Shown: positions 8,980-18,165, counted from the stretch's first letter. The stretch is 64,000 bases of DNA from an uncultured Candidatus Saccharibacteria bacterium (GCA_964517625.1 CAZFBW010000003.1:46107-110106); one strand, 5' to 3'. Notes: generated by a model from the letters alone, not told the origin. Program-made: numbers and translations.

Positions 8980-9516
8980 TTATTCGAGAACAAACCCTCG
9001 AGCAATACTTCCCTTAGGGATGTGGAATTCATATCTTTGGCTAACAGGGCTCTTACCAAAGAATTTGTACCACTCCTCGGCGTATTCCAGGCGAAAGATC
9101 CTAAGTTCGCCATCCTTACGAGCTTCTTCGAAGATGGTGATCTCGCTTTCGGACCCCGCGAGATTATTCGGGTTAAGTAGTTCTTTCTTGAAACCACCAC
9201 CTCGTTCCTCACGGTAGTAGGTGTAGTACGACGAACTCGAGAACCCACCACTTCCGAGGAAAAAACTACCACTGGTACCCGCTTGATCTCGCATGTTTAC
9301 GAGCTTGACCGAAGTGTACTCTTTTGACCACTTTTTCGGCAGGTTCTCGTTGCCAACGATGCCAAGCATTAAGGCAATCATTGCGCCGAAAAAAGCGCAG
9401 ACACCCACCACAAGAAAGCCTCCCCCTAAGCCCACGGTATTTTTTCTGACGAAGTAGAGTCCGACGAGAATTCCCACGAAGGCGAGGGTCAAGACGGTGT
9501 AAACGAACGGATACAT
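8980..9516 (-). CDS. hypothetical membrane protein (phage-like)
   Basis: 2 TM helices, GSFFLGSG...YYTYY and YEFHIPKGSI; SD AGGAGG. Confidence 0.65.
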   Translation of the reverse strand: MYPFVYTVLTLAFVGILVGLYFVRKNTVGLGGGFLVVGVCAFFGAMIALMLGIVGNENLPKKWSKEYTSVKLVNMRDQAGTSGSFFLGSGGFSSSSYYTYYREERGGGFKKELLNPNNLAGSESEITIFEEARKDGELRIFRLEYAEEWYKFFGKSPVSQRYEFHIPKGSIARGFVLE

Positions 9517-9673
9517 AGAACCTCCTAGTGAAGTTTGAGGGCTTTTACGAAGGACAGAATCAGTGTTCGTTATACGTTATTATTACATAAATGTCAAGAT
9601 TATTTTGATTAGCAGTGCTTTGTTATGATGTGTGCAAAAAGTGGTGTACTGTATACTTAGTCTTTAATTATAT

Positions 9674-10189
9674 ATGTCTGTAAAAACGAAAAAAGTAATA
9701 GTGAACGATAGAATGCAAAAAGGGTATTCGTATGTACTTACGCAACCTGTCGGGAAAAACTTTGACCCACTTTTTCGTCCGGACTTAACACCAAAAGAAA
9801 TGCTCGCGCTCGGTGTGTTTGGTGGAAAGTATATGACAGACTGCACAAAAGAATTTCCTGTCTCGTGGTTTACAAAAGCAAAATTTTCTCCGAATCAGAA
9901 AGACCCGAAATTAAATTTTTTCAAAGTAGATGCAAGCCAACCGTTGTCTGTTTGGAAAGAAAAAGGATGGATATATAAAGATGACCCACGAGGATGGTTT
10001 CAATGGTATTGTCGGTATTACATGGGAAGACGAATTCCAAAAGAAGATGAACGGCAGATAAAAAGGTGGCGTGCAATGGTGCGTCACGTGATACAGATAC
10101 GAAACAAGTGTCGTATGGGTGACGCGTCATGCAACACGCGCCAGCGTCAAGCGCTTCTCCATTGGGCGTACGATTCCAGGAGAATATAA
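9674..10189 (+). CDS. conserved hypothetical protein
   Basis: LTPKEML.LGVFGGKY, DPRGWFQWYCRYYMGRR, RQALLHWAYD; recognisable family of unknown function. Confidence 0.75.
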   Translation: MSVKTKKVIVNDRMQKGYSYVLTQPVGKNFDPLFRPDLTPKEMLALGVFGGKYMTDCTKEFPVSWFTKAKFSPNQKDPKLNFFKVDASQPLSVWKEKGWIYKDDPRGWFQWYCRYYMGRRIPKEDERQIKRWRAMVRHVIQIRNKCRMGDASCNTRQRQALLHWAYDSRRI

Positions 10190-10220
10190 AAAGCGAACTC
10201 GAGGGTTCGCTTTTGACCAG

Positions 10221-10424
10221 TTAAGACTTTGGCCAGTTGTTTGTTTTCGGAATATCTCCGAAAAGTTGTGTGTAGGTATAGGTCGTCTTACCATCATCGG
10301 AACGGTAGACACCTTTGCCACGATTGTGAACTTGCACACCCTTAACGGTCACTGTGTCCGGGGGGCGTGTGTGATTCTTGTAGGGTTTTCCGATGAACCC
10401 ATAATCAGGTCCGAAGATTCCCAC
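10221..10424 (-). CDS. small hypothetical protein
   Basis: AAGGAG SD before GTG; own TTGACC-type promoter; ends at shared terminator. Confidence 0.45.
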   Translation of the reverse strand: MGIFGPDYGFIGKPYKNHTRPPDTVTVKGVQVHNRGKGVYRSDDGKTTYTYTQLFGDIPKTNNWPKS

Positions 10425-10523
10425 GACACGCTCCTTGTGGTGTGTTTAGTTGCCCTTTCTTACTCTATAACGAACTTAGCTGTTGGTCAATAATAAAAAA
10501 CAACGCATGGTACACTTACTCCC

Positions 10524-11372
10524 ATGAAGAAATGGATTACCGTTTTTACCGTACTCGCTATTTTTGGGATAGGTGTTTATTTTGGTTTCTTTTTTGAAAA
10601 AGGTTTTTCCCCAAGTAATGTGTATGCAAACACGGAGGAGCTTGATCTTATTCATGTTGTGAGTCCAACACGGAACGCAACAATCACAAGTCCCTTTACA
10701 ATTAGTGGCGAAGCACGAGGAATGTGGTACTTCGAGGCGTCATTTCCAGTTCGTTTGTATGATGCGGAGGGGGAATTACTTGGCACCTCAGTTGCGCAAG
10801 CACAGGGTGAATGGATGACTGAAAATTTTGTTCCATTTACTTCTGTGCTTTCATTTACTCCACCGAGCACAGAAACGGGTACACTCGTGTTTCAAAAAGA
10901 CAATCCTTCTGGTCTTCCAGAACACGACAAAGAGGTGCGTGTTCCGGTTACGTTTGATATTTCAAATAACCCAAAACGAAAAGTCCTCCTGTATTATTAC
11001 AATGGAAACAAAGATGCTGATGAGCAAGGGAACATTGAATGTTCCGAGAAGGGGATGGTTGCTGTAGAACGTTCCATGTCAGTGACAATGTCACCGATTC
11101 AAAATACACTCAATCTTCTCATGCAAGGGGAAGTGACACCGGAAGAAAAAACAAAGGGTATCACAACGCAATTCCCACTGGAGGGTGTTTCAGTTAAAGA
11201 CATTTCCTTTGTTGGTGGAAAATTAGTGCTCACTTTTGATGATCCACAATTCAAAACAAGCGGAGGAGCGTGTCGTGTGAATATTTTGCGTATGCAAATA
11301 GAGAAGACAGTCAAACAGTTTGAAACAGTAAAAAGCGTTCAATTAAAACCAGACGAAGCATTTCAGCCGTAG
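10524..11372 (+). CDS. Gmad2 Ig-like plus GerMN domain surface protein
   Basis: N-terminal TM; G.ARG.WYFEASFPV, WMTENFVPF, DNPSG; GGACRV...QIEKT..QF. Confidence 0.85.
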   Translation: MKKWITVFTVLAIFGIGVYFGFFFEKGFSPSNVYANTEELDLIHVVSPTRNATITSPFTISGEARGMWYFEASFPVRLYDAEGELLGTSVAQAQGEWMTENFVPFTSVLSFTPPSTETGTLVFQKDNPSGLPEHDKEVRVPVTFDISNNPKRKVLLYYYNGNKDADEQGNIECSEKGMVAVERSMSVTMSPIQNTLNLLMQGEVTPEEKTKGITTQFPLEGVSVKDISFVGGKLVLTFDDPQFKTSGGACRVNILRMQIEKTVKQFETVKSVQLKPDEAFQP

Positions 11373-11380
11373 TACTATAT

Positions 11381-12067
11381 ATGAATAAAATTATTCTTAT
11401 CGCCATCATTCTTATTATCGGACTTCTCGGCGGTGTTGTGTATGTAAAAACATCTCAACCGAAAGAGGAAAAGAAAAATATTGCTAGAACAATCAAGATT
11501 ATTGCGTTTGGTGACTCACTTACGGCGGGGTACGGCGTTGGAGAGGCAGATAATTATCCAAGCCAACTACAGGCGCTTCTTATGGGTGATGGGTATGATG
11601 TGGAGATTCTAAATCGTGGCATAAGCGGAGAAACAACGGCACAGGGGAAAGAGCGAGCACAAAGAATTCGTGATGAAGGAGCAGATATTATTTTGCTTGG
11701 CCTTGGTGGAAATGATGCACTACAGAGACGCTCACTTGATGAAACAAGAACCAACCTTTCAACAATTATTGAAACATTGCAAAGCGGGGATACTCCGCCA
11801 CAAGTGCTTCTTCTTACAATGAAAGTACCTCTTGTGGCCGGGCTGACATTTGGTTTTTCGTATAAAGATGATTTTGAAAATTTGTATGGTGAACTTGCGG
11901 AGAAGTATCAGATTATAGCCGTCCCGTTTCTTGTTTCTGAAGTGTTACTTTCTGAAAAGTATGGATTGCCTGATAAAATTCATTTAAATAAAGAGGGGTA
12001 TGCGTTTCTTGTTTCGAAATATGTTGCTCCTGCAGTAAAAAAGGCAATTGGAAACATTGCAGAGTAG
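11381..12067 (+). CDS. GDSL/SGNH arylesterase (TesA-like)
   Basis: FGDSLTAGYG, NRGISGETT, GGNDAL, DKIHLN. Confidence 0.9.
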   Translation: MNKIILIAIILIIGLLGGVVYVKTSQPKEEKKNIARTIKIIAFGDSLTAGYGVGEADNYPSQLQALLMGDGYDVEILNRGISGETTAQGKERAQRIRDEGADIILLGLGGNDALQRRSLDETRTNLSTIIETLQSGDTPPQVLLLTMKVPLVAGLTFGFSYKDDFENLYGELAEKYQIIAVPFLVSEVLLSEKYGLPDKIHLNKEGYAFLVSKYVAPAVKKAIGNIAE

Positions 12068-12144
12068 TATTGCAAAAGTGCTCATTTTTCGGTATGATAT
12101 TTCAGTACATTCCACATTGTGAAATGGACCGTTTTTGAGAATAT

Positions 12145-12216
12145 TCCGCGATAGCTCAGCGGTAGAGCAGTTCCCTGTTAAGGAATTGGTCGTAGGTTCG
12201 ATCCCTACTCGCGGAG
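12145..12216 (+). tRNA. tRNA-Asn (GTT)
   Basis: acceptor TCCGCGA/TCGCGGA, D-arm GCTC/GAGC, anticodon stem GTTCC/GGAAT with loop CT-GTT-AA, T-arm GTAGG-TTCGATC-CCTAC; CCA not encoded. Confidence 0.97.
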
Positions 12217-12292
12217 CATTAAATATAAAACACCTCTTATATAAAAGGGGTGTTTTATATTTAATATGTTTTGTGCGAGTAGGGATCGAACC
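12195..12292. repeat. long inverted repeat: tRNA 3' end (12195-12212) versus its reverse complement (12275-12292), around an AT-rich hairpin
   Basis: GGTTCGATCCCTACTCGC versus GCGAGTAGGGATCGAACC (18/18). Confidence 0.9.
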
Positions 12293-12363
12293 GAAGGCTA
12301 CCAAATTTCTTAGGCCGTACTCGGCCTGTTGAAATTGGCAGTGCCGAGTAATCTCGGGAGAGA

Positions 12364-12499
12364 ATCCCTACTCGAATTACGATAAGCGATCCCATACTCA
12401 AACAGGGTGGCTATGAAAATGTAGGATCTCGACCGAACGAAGTGAGGGAGAGGCGATCCTGAACTAGCAAGTTCATGCCTTGGACCTACTCGCGGAGCA
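12364..12499 (+). repeat. two direct partial copies of the tRNA-Asn 3' end
   Basis: ATCCCTACTCG at 12364-74; CCTACTCGCGGAGCA at 12485-99 equals 12204-18. Confidence 0.85.
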
Positions 12500-12568
12500 A
12501 AAACCAACTAGACAAAAACATGAAAATATTGTAGTGTGACCGCAGGTGGTCTTTTCATAGGAGGGTTC

Positions 12569-12940
12569 ATGGCAATCCCTGCAAATCATTCTTCAATTGA
12601 AACAAACTTGCCCGCATTTCAGCTCGAGAAGGTTCTTTCCGCGCTCGAAAACGGAAAGACAAAAGAGATTGATGGAACTCACAGTCTTTTTGCAGAAGCT
12701 AGATCGTGGCAGGTGACATTCGAAGGTGCGATATATGTCATTGACGAATTTGTCGAAAGGGTTGTATCGGTACACCTCGTTTCTGGTGACCAAAAATTCT
12801 TCAGGTCTCTTTTGCGATCTTTTGAAAGATCTTTGCAGAAAGCTGTCAAAGAAAGAAGTTTTGCCGAAGCGCAAACGATTGATAAAAAAATCAAACAACT
12901 GGAAGCACTCAGAAGTAAGGAGGAGGTAAGCCATGTCTGA
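12569..12940 (+). CDS. hypothetical protein with C-terminal coiled coil
   Basis: GGAGG SD before ATG 12569; overlaps the next ORF. Confidence 0.6.
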   Translation: MAIPANHSSIETNLPAFQLEKVLSALENGKTKEIDGTHSLFAEARSWQVTFEGAIYVIDEFVERVVSVHLVSGDQKFFRSLLRSFERSLQKAVKERSFAEAQTIDKKIKQLEALRSKEEVSHV

Positions 12941-13118
12941 GACCAAAACGAACGAGGAATATCCGGATCAACTGCATCCGTCCCACGATACGCAGATTTC
13001 GTTTGATGCTTCAAGCTATGACGAAATTTGCACGAAGTGCAGAGCAACCGATATCCTAAACGGTGGATGGGGGAACCTTCGTTTCCCTTGCCCCGCCGTT
13101 TCGAAAAAGGAAGAGTAA
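12933..13118 (+). CDS. small phage-like zinc-ribbon protein
   Basis: SH...ICTKCRATD...PCP; SD GGAGG. Confidence 0.6.
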   Translation: MSETKTNEEYPDQLHPSHDTQISFDASSYDEICTKCRATDILNGGWGNLRFPCPAVSKKEE

Positions 13119-13259
13119 CTCAAGTATTTCTTTTCCATCCCGATTCCCACCGAAAGCCACCGCGCTTGTCGGTGGTTTTCTTTTTGACTTTCACGCCGAA
13201 AAGTGGTTGTATATACCTGGGTAAATTGTACCGTGCTTAATTATAGAAAGGGCATTTTC

Positions 13260-13550
13260 ATGAAAGAATTAGCGCAGAAGTTGATTGGTCTAGGCGTCTT
13301 TGTTCTTTTCTGTTACGTTAGCTATCTTTTTGGCGCTTTCTTGACCCTTCACACACTTGTAGCAATCACAGTTATCTGTATTGTGATTACTGTGTGGATG
13401 GCAGCAACACTAGAGGAGCTGGCGAGCTTGCTTACTTTAGGTTTTGGATTCTGCGCTTTAGTTATTAATCTGGTAATGTGGGCAACATATTACTTTACCA
13501 CTAATCAGTCATGGGTAGGCGAATTCTTTTTGAGAAATGTGTTGCGCTAA
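13260..13550 (+). CDS. hypothetical membrane protein (3 TM)
   Basis: hydrophobic helices; upstream TTGACT promoter-like site. Confidence 0.6.
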   Translation: MKELAQKLIGLGVFVLFCYVSYLFGAFLTLHTLVAITVICIVITVWMAATLEELASLLTLGFGFCALVINLVMWATYYFTTNQSWVGEFFLRNVLR

Positions 13551-13575
13551 TATGGCGTTGGTATAGTTTAAGGAG

Positions 13576-14082
13576 ATGCTAATGCGTGAAGTTTTGATGG
13601 CAACACCATATCAGTGGGGAGAATTAGGTTCATTTGGCAAAGCGAAATATATGCTCATTCGTCAGCATGAGTTTCCTCATGTGTATAATGATGATGAAAT
13701 CATGTTGTCTGCTGACCATGACAGGTGTTTCGATTGGGACTATGAACACACCAGGAAATGTTTTGATAGGCATACAGGCACCGGCGAAAGGGGTTTTGCT
13801 GAGTGGGTTCAGAGATCTGCATCCGTTAATCAAGTCATGTCTTTCTTAAAAGATGTTTTGAAAGCTGAAGAAAACCACCCGAATGTTGTGTGGACCGGAT
13901 TTCGCATTATGGGAACAGTCAACCGTTCAAATGGGTACACGGTCTGGACACTGCAACTTTTTTCGAAGAATCAAAAAAGTAAAACAAAGGTCTATTCTAG
14001 TCCATTTTCTCCAAATGTTTTTGGTGGGGGTAGGGAATTAGGGTATAGACTACCCTCGAATTCTCTGAAGAGAGTGAAATAA
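13576..14082 (+). CDS. hypothetical protein (phage-like)
   Basis: AAGGAG SD; DR..W...N.SNGY.VW pattern; start uncertain (13576/13582/13597). Confidence 0.6.
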   Translation: MLMREVLMATPYQWGELGSFGKAKYMLIRQHEFPHVYNDDEIMLSADHDRCFDWDYEHTRKCFDRHTGTGERGFAEWVQRSASVNQVMSFLKDVLKAEENHPNVVWTGFRIMGTVNRSNGYTVWTLQLFSKNQKSKTKVYSSPFSPNVFGGGRELGYRLPSNSLKRVK

Positions 14083-14085
14083 ATA

Positions 14086-14280
14086 ATGGGCCAGGTTATT
14101 ATTTCCGCTGTTGGCTTACCCATCGCTTACGGGTTAATTGTTGTCATTTTGTTTGTTGCGTTCGTCGCTCTCCCCATTTCAACATTTGTTTGGTGGAGAG
14201 ACCAACGCAAGGGGACTTATGAAAAAAAGGTAAACAAGATACGTAGGAACGATCCATGGAAGAAATCTGCAAACCTATGA
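14086..14280 (+). CDS. small membrane protein
   Basis: one long TM helix plus basic tail; starts 3 nt after the upstream stop. Confidence 0.5.
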   Translation: MGQVIISAVGLPIAYGLIVVILFVAFVALPISTFVWWRDQRKGTYEKKVNKIRRNDPWKKSANL

Positions 14281-14369
14281 ATACAAACACCAAGCAAAAT
14301 TTGCTTGGTGTTTTTCTTTTAAATATAAAAACCATTTCAGTATACTTATACTTGCTATACTTAGATTAT

Positions 14370-14579
14370 ATGAAAAAAGCATTACTTTTTTTAATTGCAG
14401 GTATTATAGTTGTTATATTTTTTTATCCCAAACATTATACGGTAGGCACCACCTCTCCGGACCAGTCGCCACCTAATTGTTTTGGTTATCAATCACGTTT
14501 AACACCGATTGGAATTGACGGGGGAACAGATTTTCTTTGTTATGGTATTGTTTTTGGTACCAAAAATACTTTACCTTAA
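14370..14579 (+). CDS. small exported protein with two cysteines
   Basis: TGc-TATACT 8 nt before ATG; signal anchor then YPK..CFG..CYG. Confidence 0.55.
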   Translation: MKKALLFLIAGIIVVIFFYPKHYTVGTTSPDQSPPNCFGYQSRLTPIGIDGGTDFLCYGIVFGTKNTLP

Positions 14580-14611
14580 TAAAAAAACAGCGATTCGCAA
14601 GAATCGCTGTT

Positions 14612-15373
14612 TTATGTTGAAGAATCAACAACAACCACTAGACTTCCGGCAAAAGGCGTCGGTTCTCGTTGTTTCAGGAGGACCCACTTGGCTTTTTCAT
14701 TCTTTTCGTATTCGGCATCAAGGATGCCGTAGTAGTCCAAGAAGTGATTGAATTTCGCCGAGATACGAATGCATCCTTGTGAGTCTTGCTTGCCGAGGCG
14801 TTTCTCTCCATGTTCTGGATCAGTAGCGTGGACGAGGAGCCGGATATTGAAATCTTCACCCTTGCGGGTTTTTGTTTTTTGCCAACCCAAGTCCCAGACA
14901 CGACTTCCTTTAGCGCCTAATCCCCGCCAACCTTTGTCATTTTTCGTACCAAGCGCGCGATAACTCGGATTGTTCACTGTGTTTTTAAATGCGCCGACGG
15001 GGGTTTCAAATGAACCGAGTCGTGAGGCTTTTCCTGTTGATGTTTTGCCTGTGCCAAGGATGAGCACATTGCGCAGTGTTGCATCAAAAAATGCGAGCGA
15101 AACTGTCTGTGAGTTCGGGTTCTTGTCGACGAGCAGAAACAGTTGCGATGAAGCCGGCATGGTTTCCAGTGAGCGAGTCATAACGAGAAGTGAAGAGCTG
15201 GCAAGTGTGCGCTCATATTCCTCGCGAATCTGTATTCCGTCAACGGTTTGCGAGAACACCTGCTTCAAACGAAGCACTTCTTCTTTTACATTTGTTGCCG
15301 ATGCGCTTGTTGCTGCAAGTAGGCACAAACAAAGAAGAATAATAATCAACCATATTTTCTTAGCGTTATTCAA
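14612..15373 (-). CDS. L,D-transpeptidase (YkuD family)
   Basis: signal peptide, STG..FETPVG.F, HATDP...LG...SQGCIRI. Confidence 0.85.
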   Translation of the reverse strand: MNNAKKIWLIIILLCLCLLAATSASATNVKEEVLRLKQVFSQTVDGIQIREEYERTLASSSLLVMTRSLETMPASSQLFLLVDKNPNSQTVSLAFFDATLRNVLILGTGKTSTGKASRLGSFETPVGAFKNTVNNPSYRALGTKNDKGWRGLGAKGSRVWDLGWQKTKTRKGEDFNIRLLVHATDPEHGEKRLGKQDSQGCIRISAKFNHFLDYYGILDAEYEKNEKAKWVLLKQREPTPFAGSLVVVVDSST

Positions 15374-15493
15374 GCATCCTCCTTATTTAATGTACGCGCT
15401 ATTAGAAAGGGTATCATATTTGGAAAAACAGCGATACGTGGAGTAGACTACAAAAAGCCAATTTTCTAGAAACCAAAACCCATAGGTGAGGAC

Positions 15494-16129
15494 ATGAAAA
15501 GACGTTCTTTCATTCTACTTTTGCCAATCTTATATTCCAGTTCAGTGTTTGCATCTAGGCTAAGTCTCTTAGGATCAAAAGCTTCGCAAAGGAGGCAGAA
15601 TGAAATTGCGGATGCCGAGGATCTTTCGCGTATTGAGAATGATGAGCAACTCGAGCGCTTCAAGCGCGCAAAGCTTCTTGTTCCAATTCCAAAGGAAATT
15701 TTAGTTGACGAAAGGTTGGAGACCGAACCACGCTTGAAGCAGAAGTTCCGCTTTGATCCTAAATTTCGATTCGTCCGTCCGTGGACAGCGAATTTCCTCG
15801 AGGAGATGAACAAGGCGTTTATGGAAGAGTTCAAGCATCCGCTTCAAGTGAATTCTGCGGTGCGTACTAGGGTGTATCAGGAATTGCTTCGCACAGTAAA
15901 CGGCAACGCCGCTACAACTGAAGGCGATGAAGCATCTTCGCATTTGACGGGGGCAACCATCGATATCGCCAAGTTGAAGATGCGCGAAGTTGAAATGTGG
16001 TGGATGCGCAGACAACTTCTTCACCTTGAAGGTCGCGGTTTCATTGAGGCGACGGAAGAAAATCACCAAGCCGTCTTCCACATCATGGTCTTTAAAAAGT
16101 GGGCGTATCCAAAGTCCAAAGAAGAATGA
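15494..16129 (+). CDS. DUF5715-like / M15-type zinc peptidase, exported
   Basis: VNSAVRT..YQ..L...N.NA, SSHLTGATIDI, FHIMV; RRSFIL signal. Confidence 0.75.
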   Translation: MKRRSFILLLPILYSSSVFASRLSLLGSKASQRRQNEIADAEDLSRIENDEQLERFKRAKLLVPIPKEILVDERLETEPRLKQKFRFDPKFRFVRPWTANFLEEMNKAFMEEFKHPLQVNSAVRTRVYQELLRTVNGNAATTEGDEASSHLTGATIDIAKLKMREVEMWWMRRQLLHLEGRGFIEATEENHQAVFHIMVFKKWAYPKSKEE

Positions 16130-16164
16130 TTCCCACCGAAAGCAGAGCTTTCGGTGGGTTTTGT
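16122..16164 (+). repeat. copy 1 of a gene-end plus terminator repeat
   Basis: AAGAATGATTCCCACCGAAAGCA..TTTCGGTGGGTTTT; also at 17049-17090 and partly at 13142-13157. Confidence 0.85.
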
Positions 16165-16235
16165 TTTTTGACAGAGACAAACATTTACTGTAGTTTTAAT
16201 TCGGATAAGCACTTTTATTACTGGAGGCACAGACA

Positions 16236-17045
16236 ATGAAACCATTTTTTCTTTTAGGCGCCGATGATCCAGAAATGAAGAAAATTCAATCGCTTCTTGA
16301 GCAACACTGCTTTCCGTTCGTGCACGCAACGCACAAAGGAAAACGCTGTCATCCTGGTAATGCCTATCAAGCGGATCCGATATCGGTTGCCGAAGAAGTC
16401 TTCCACCTTGTTATTATCGAATGTGAGCCCGTGAATCTCTTGCACTATTCGAAATTCACGAGGATTGATCATCACCGTCCTTTTGATCCAGGTTTTCATA
16501 TGGGTTCCGACCAGTACTGGGAAGCATCAAGTATCGGACAGCTTCACAAGTTTTTTGGTTGGGATGACTCCCACGAAGCAAGAGTGATGGCGGCATTTGA
16601 TCACTGCTTTCCTGCAGCAGTTCAAGGAAGGTGCCTTGGCGTATCGGGGGAGGAGGTTCTGGCGATGAAGATTAAAAGCATTGTCGAAAATACCGGGCGC
16701 TCGGAAAAAGAAGTGTACGAAAAAATTTCTTTTTTTAGAAGAGCGATACTCGATGCAACAGAAGAAAAAATAGGAAGCTCGCATGTCAGGGATCTGCGCA
16801 CCCACTACCTTGGCGAAGGATATTCCGCTGATCTTCTGTCTGCACAGGTTGCTGCAACGATTGAAAATCGTCCAGTGTTGCTCCGTCACCGAGACTCTCT
16901 CAGCGAACCGGAAAAGATTTCCATCTCCGGTCCTGTTGACGAAACAACGGCTCACGCCTTCAAGGAAGTCTGGGGCCCCGCACAGGGACTTGTCCGTCTG
17001 TATGGAGTTCCCGCTCGCGGTTATGCGGGAGGGTACGTGAAATAG
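16236..17045 (+). CDS. DHH-like phosphoesterase (NrN-like)
   Basis: FFLLGADDPEM..I..LL, IECE, RIDHH, SSIGQL, AFDH, GYAGGY. Confidence 0.55.
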   Translation: MKPFFLLGADDPEMKKIQSLLEQHCFPFVHATHKGKRCHPGNAYQADPISVAEEVFHLVIIECEPVNLLHYSKFTRIDHHRPFDPGFHMGSDQYWEASSIGQLHKFFGWDDSHEARVMAAFDHCFPAAVQGRCLGVSGEEVLAMKIKSIVENTGRSEKEVYEKISFFRRAILDATEEKIGSSHVRDLRTHYLGEGYSADLLSAQVAATIENRPVLLRHRDSLSEPEKISISGPVDETTAHAFKEVWGPAQGLVRLYGVPARGYAGGYVK

Positions 17046-17048
17046 TTC

Positions 17049-17090
17049 AAGAATGATTCCCACCGAAAGCAATGCGTTTCGGTGGGTTTT
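17049..17090 (+). repeat. copy 2 of the gene-end plus terminator repeat
   Basis: 23-nt exact match to 16122-16144, then TTTCGGTGGGTTTT. Confidence 0.85.
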
Positions 17091-17145
17091 TGTTTATAGA
17101 AAATAAAAACTGTGTGATGATATATTTTATATGTCATCACACAGT

Positions 17146-17349
17146 TTATCGGGGGAGAACCGCAGTATTAACCATGCCTCTGTCGAAGTCTTTTTTGGGA
17201 ATCCAGATGGTTACGTGGTATCCATCTTTCTTGCGACGAATGTCCGCCATCAAACGAGTTGGGGAATACCAGTACACGTACTGCGCAATTTCACGCTCAG
17301 CTTGTTTTAAGCTCATTTTTCCAGCGCAAACATCAATCATGCCTTTCAT
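17146..17349 (-). CDS. small hypothetical protein
   Basis: AGGAGG SD before ATG 17349. Confidence 0.5.
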   Translation of the reverse strand: MKGMIDVCAGKMSLKQAEREIAQYVYWYSPTRLMADIRRKKDGYHVTIWIPKKDFDRGMVNTAVLPR

Positions 17350-17444
17350 TTTTCCTCCTAAAAACAAGAACAATATTACTTCTAATAATACCATGTTTCC
17401 TCGTAACCCACAGCCTCAACTTTTCTTACTGATATACTACCTGC

Positions 17445-18164
17445 ATGCTCAAAGTACACAATGTAACAAAACATTTCGACAAGAAAAAAGCGGTTGATGG
17501 GGTTAGTTTTGAAATCAATAAAGGAGAAATTTTCTCTCTCATTGGCCCAAATTCGTCTGGAAAAACAACAATTATTAAAACAATTGCAGGATTACTCCAA
17601 CCAACATCAGGTTCTATTGAAATAGATGAAATAGATGTAAGCGAGAACGGAGAAAAAGCCAAAGCAAATCTAGGATACATTCCCGATGAACCAACAGTAT
17701 GGCCATATATGACAGGAGAAGAATTTCTCAATTTTACGCAAGCACTTTTTGGTGTAGATGAGCATAAGCGTATAGAAAATGTACCGAAGCTTTTAGATAC
17801 ATTTCATTTGCAGGGAGTTGAGAAGAGTTACTTTGAAGAATATTCGCGCGGGAATAAGCAAAAATTCAGCATTATTTCTGCAATGTCGCACCACCCGAAA
17901 TTACTCTTGATTGATGAACCAATCGTCGGCCTTGATCCGACAGGTGCAGAAATCGCTAAAAAACTTTTTGTAGATTATGCAAAGGATGGAGGTGCGGTAC
18001 TTCTTGTAACACACACACTTCCGGTTGCTGAAGAAATTTCACATCGTATTGGATTTTTGAAAGACGGCAAGCTCACCGCCGTCGGTACCCTCAAAGAATT
18101 GCGTGAAAAGTCCGGTCTTGGAGAGAATGCTTCGCTTGAAGATATTTATAAAAAGCTCGCATAG
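17445..18164 (+). CDS. ABC transporter ATP-binding protein
   Basis: GPNSSGKTT, YSRGNKQK, LLLIDEP..GLDP, VTH. Confidence 0.95.
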   Translation: MLKVHNVTKHFDKKKAVDGVSFEINKGEIFSLIGPNSSGKTTIIKTIAGLLQPTSGSIEIDEIDVSENGEKAKANLGYIPDEPTVWPYMTGEEFLNFTQALFGVDEHKRIENVPKLLDTFHLQGVEKSYFEEYSRGNKQKFSIISAMSHHPKLLLIDEPIVGLDPTGAEIAKKLFVDYAKDGGAVLLVTHTLPVAEEISHRIGFLKDGKLTAVGTLKELREKSGLGENASLEDIYKKLA

Positions 18165-18165
18165 T

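Noticed and set aside
8436-9272. 278-aa minus-strand ORF
   Set aside because: It is a shadow overlapping the DoxX gene and 8980-9516 and crosses a terminator.
12536-17400. Intact prophage or ICE
   Set aside because: No integrase, structural, replication or conjugation genes were recognised.
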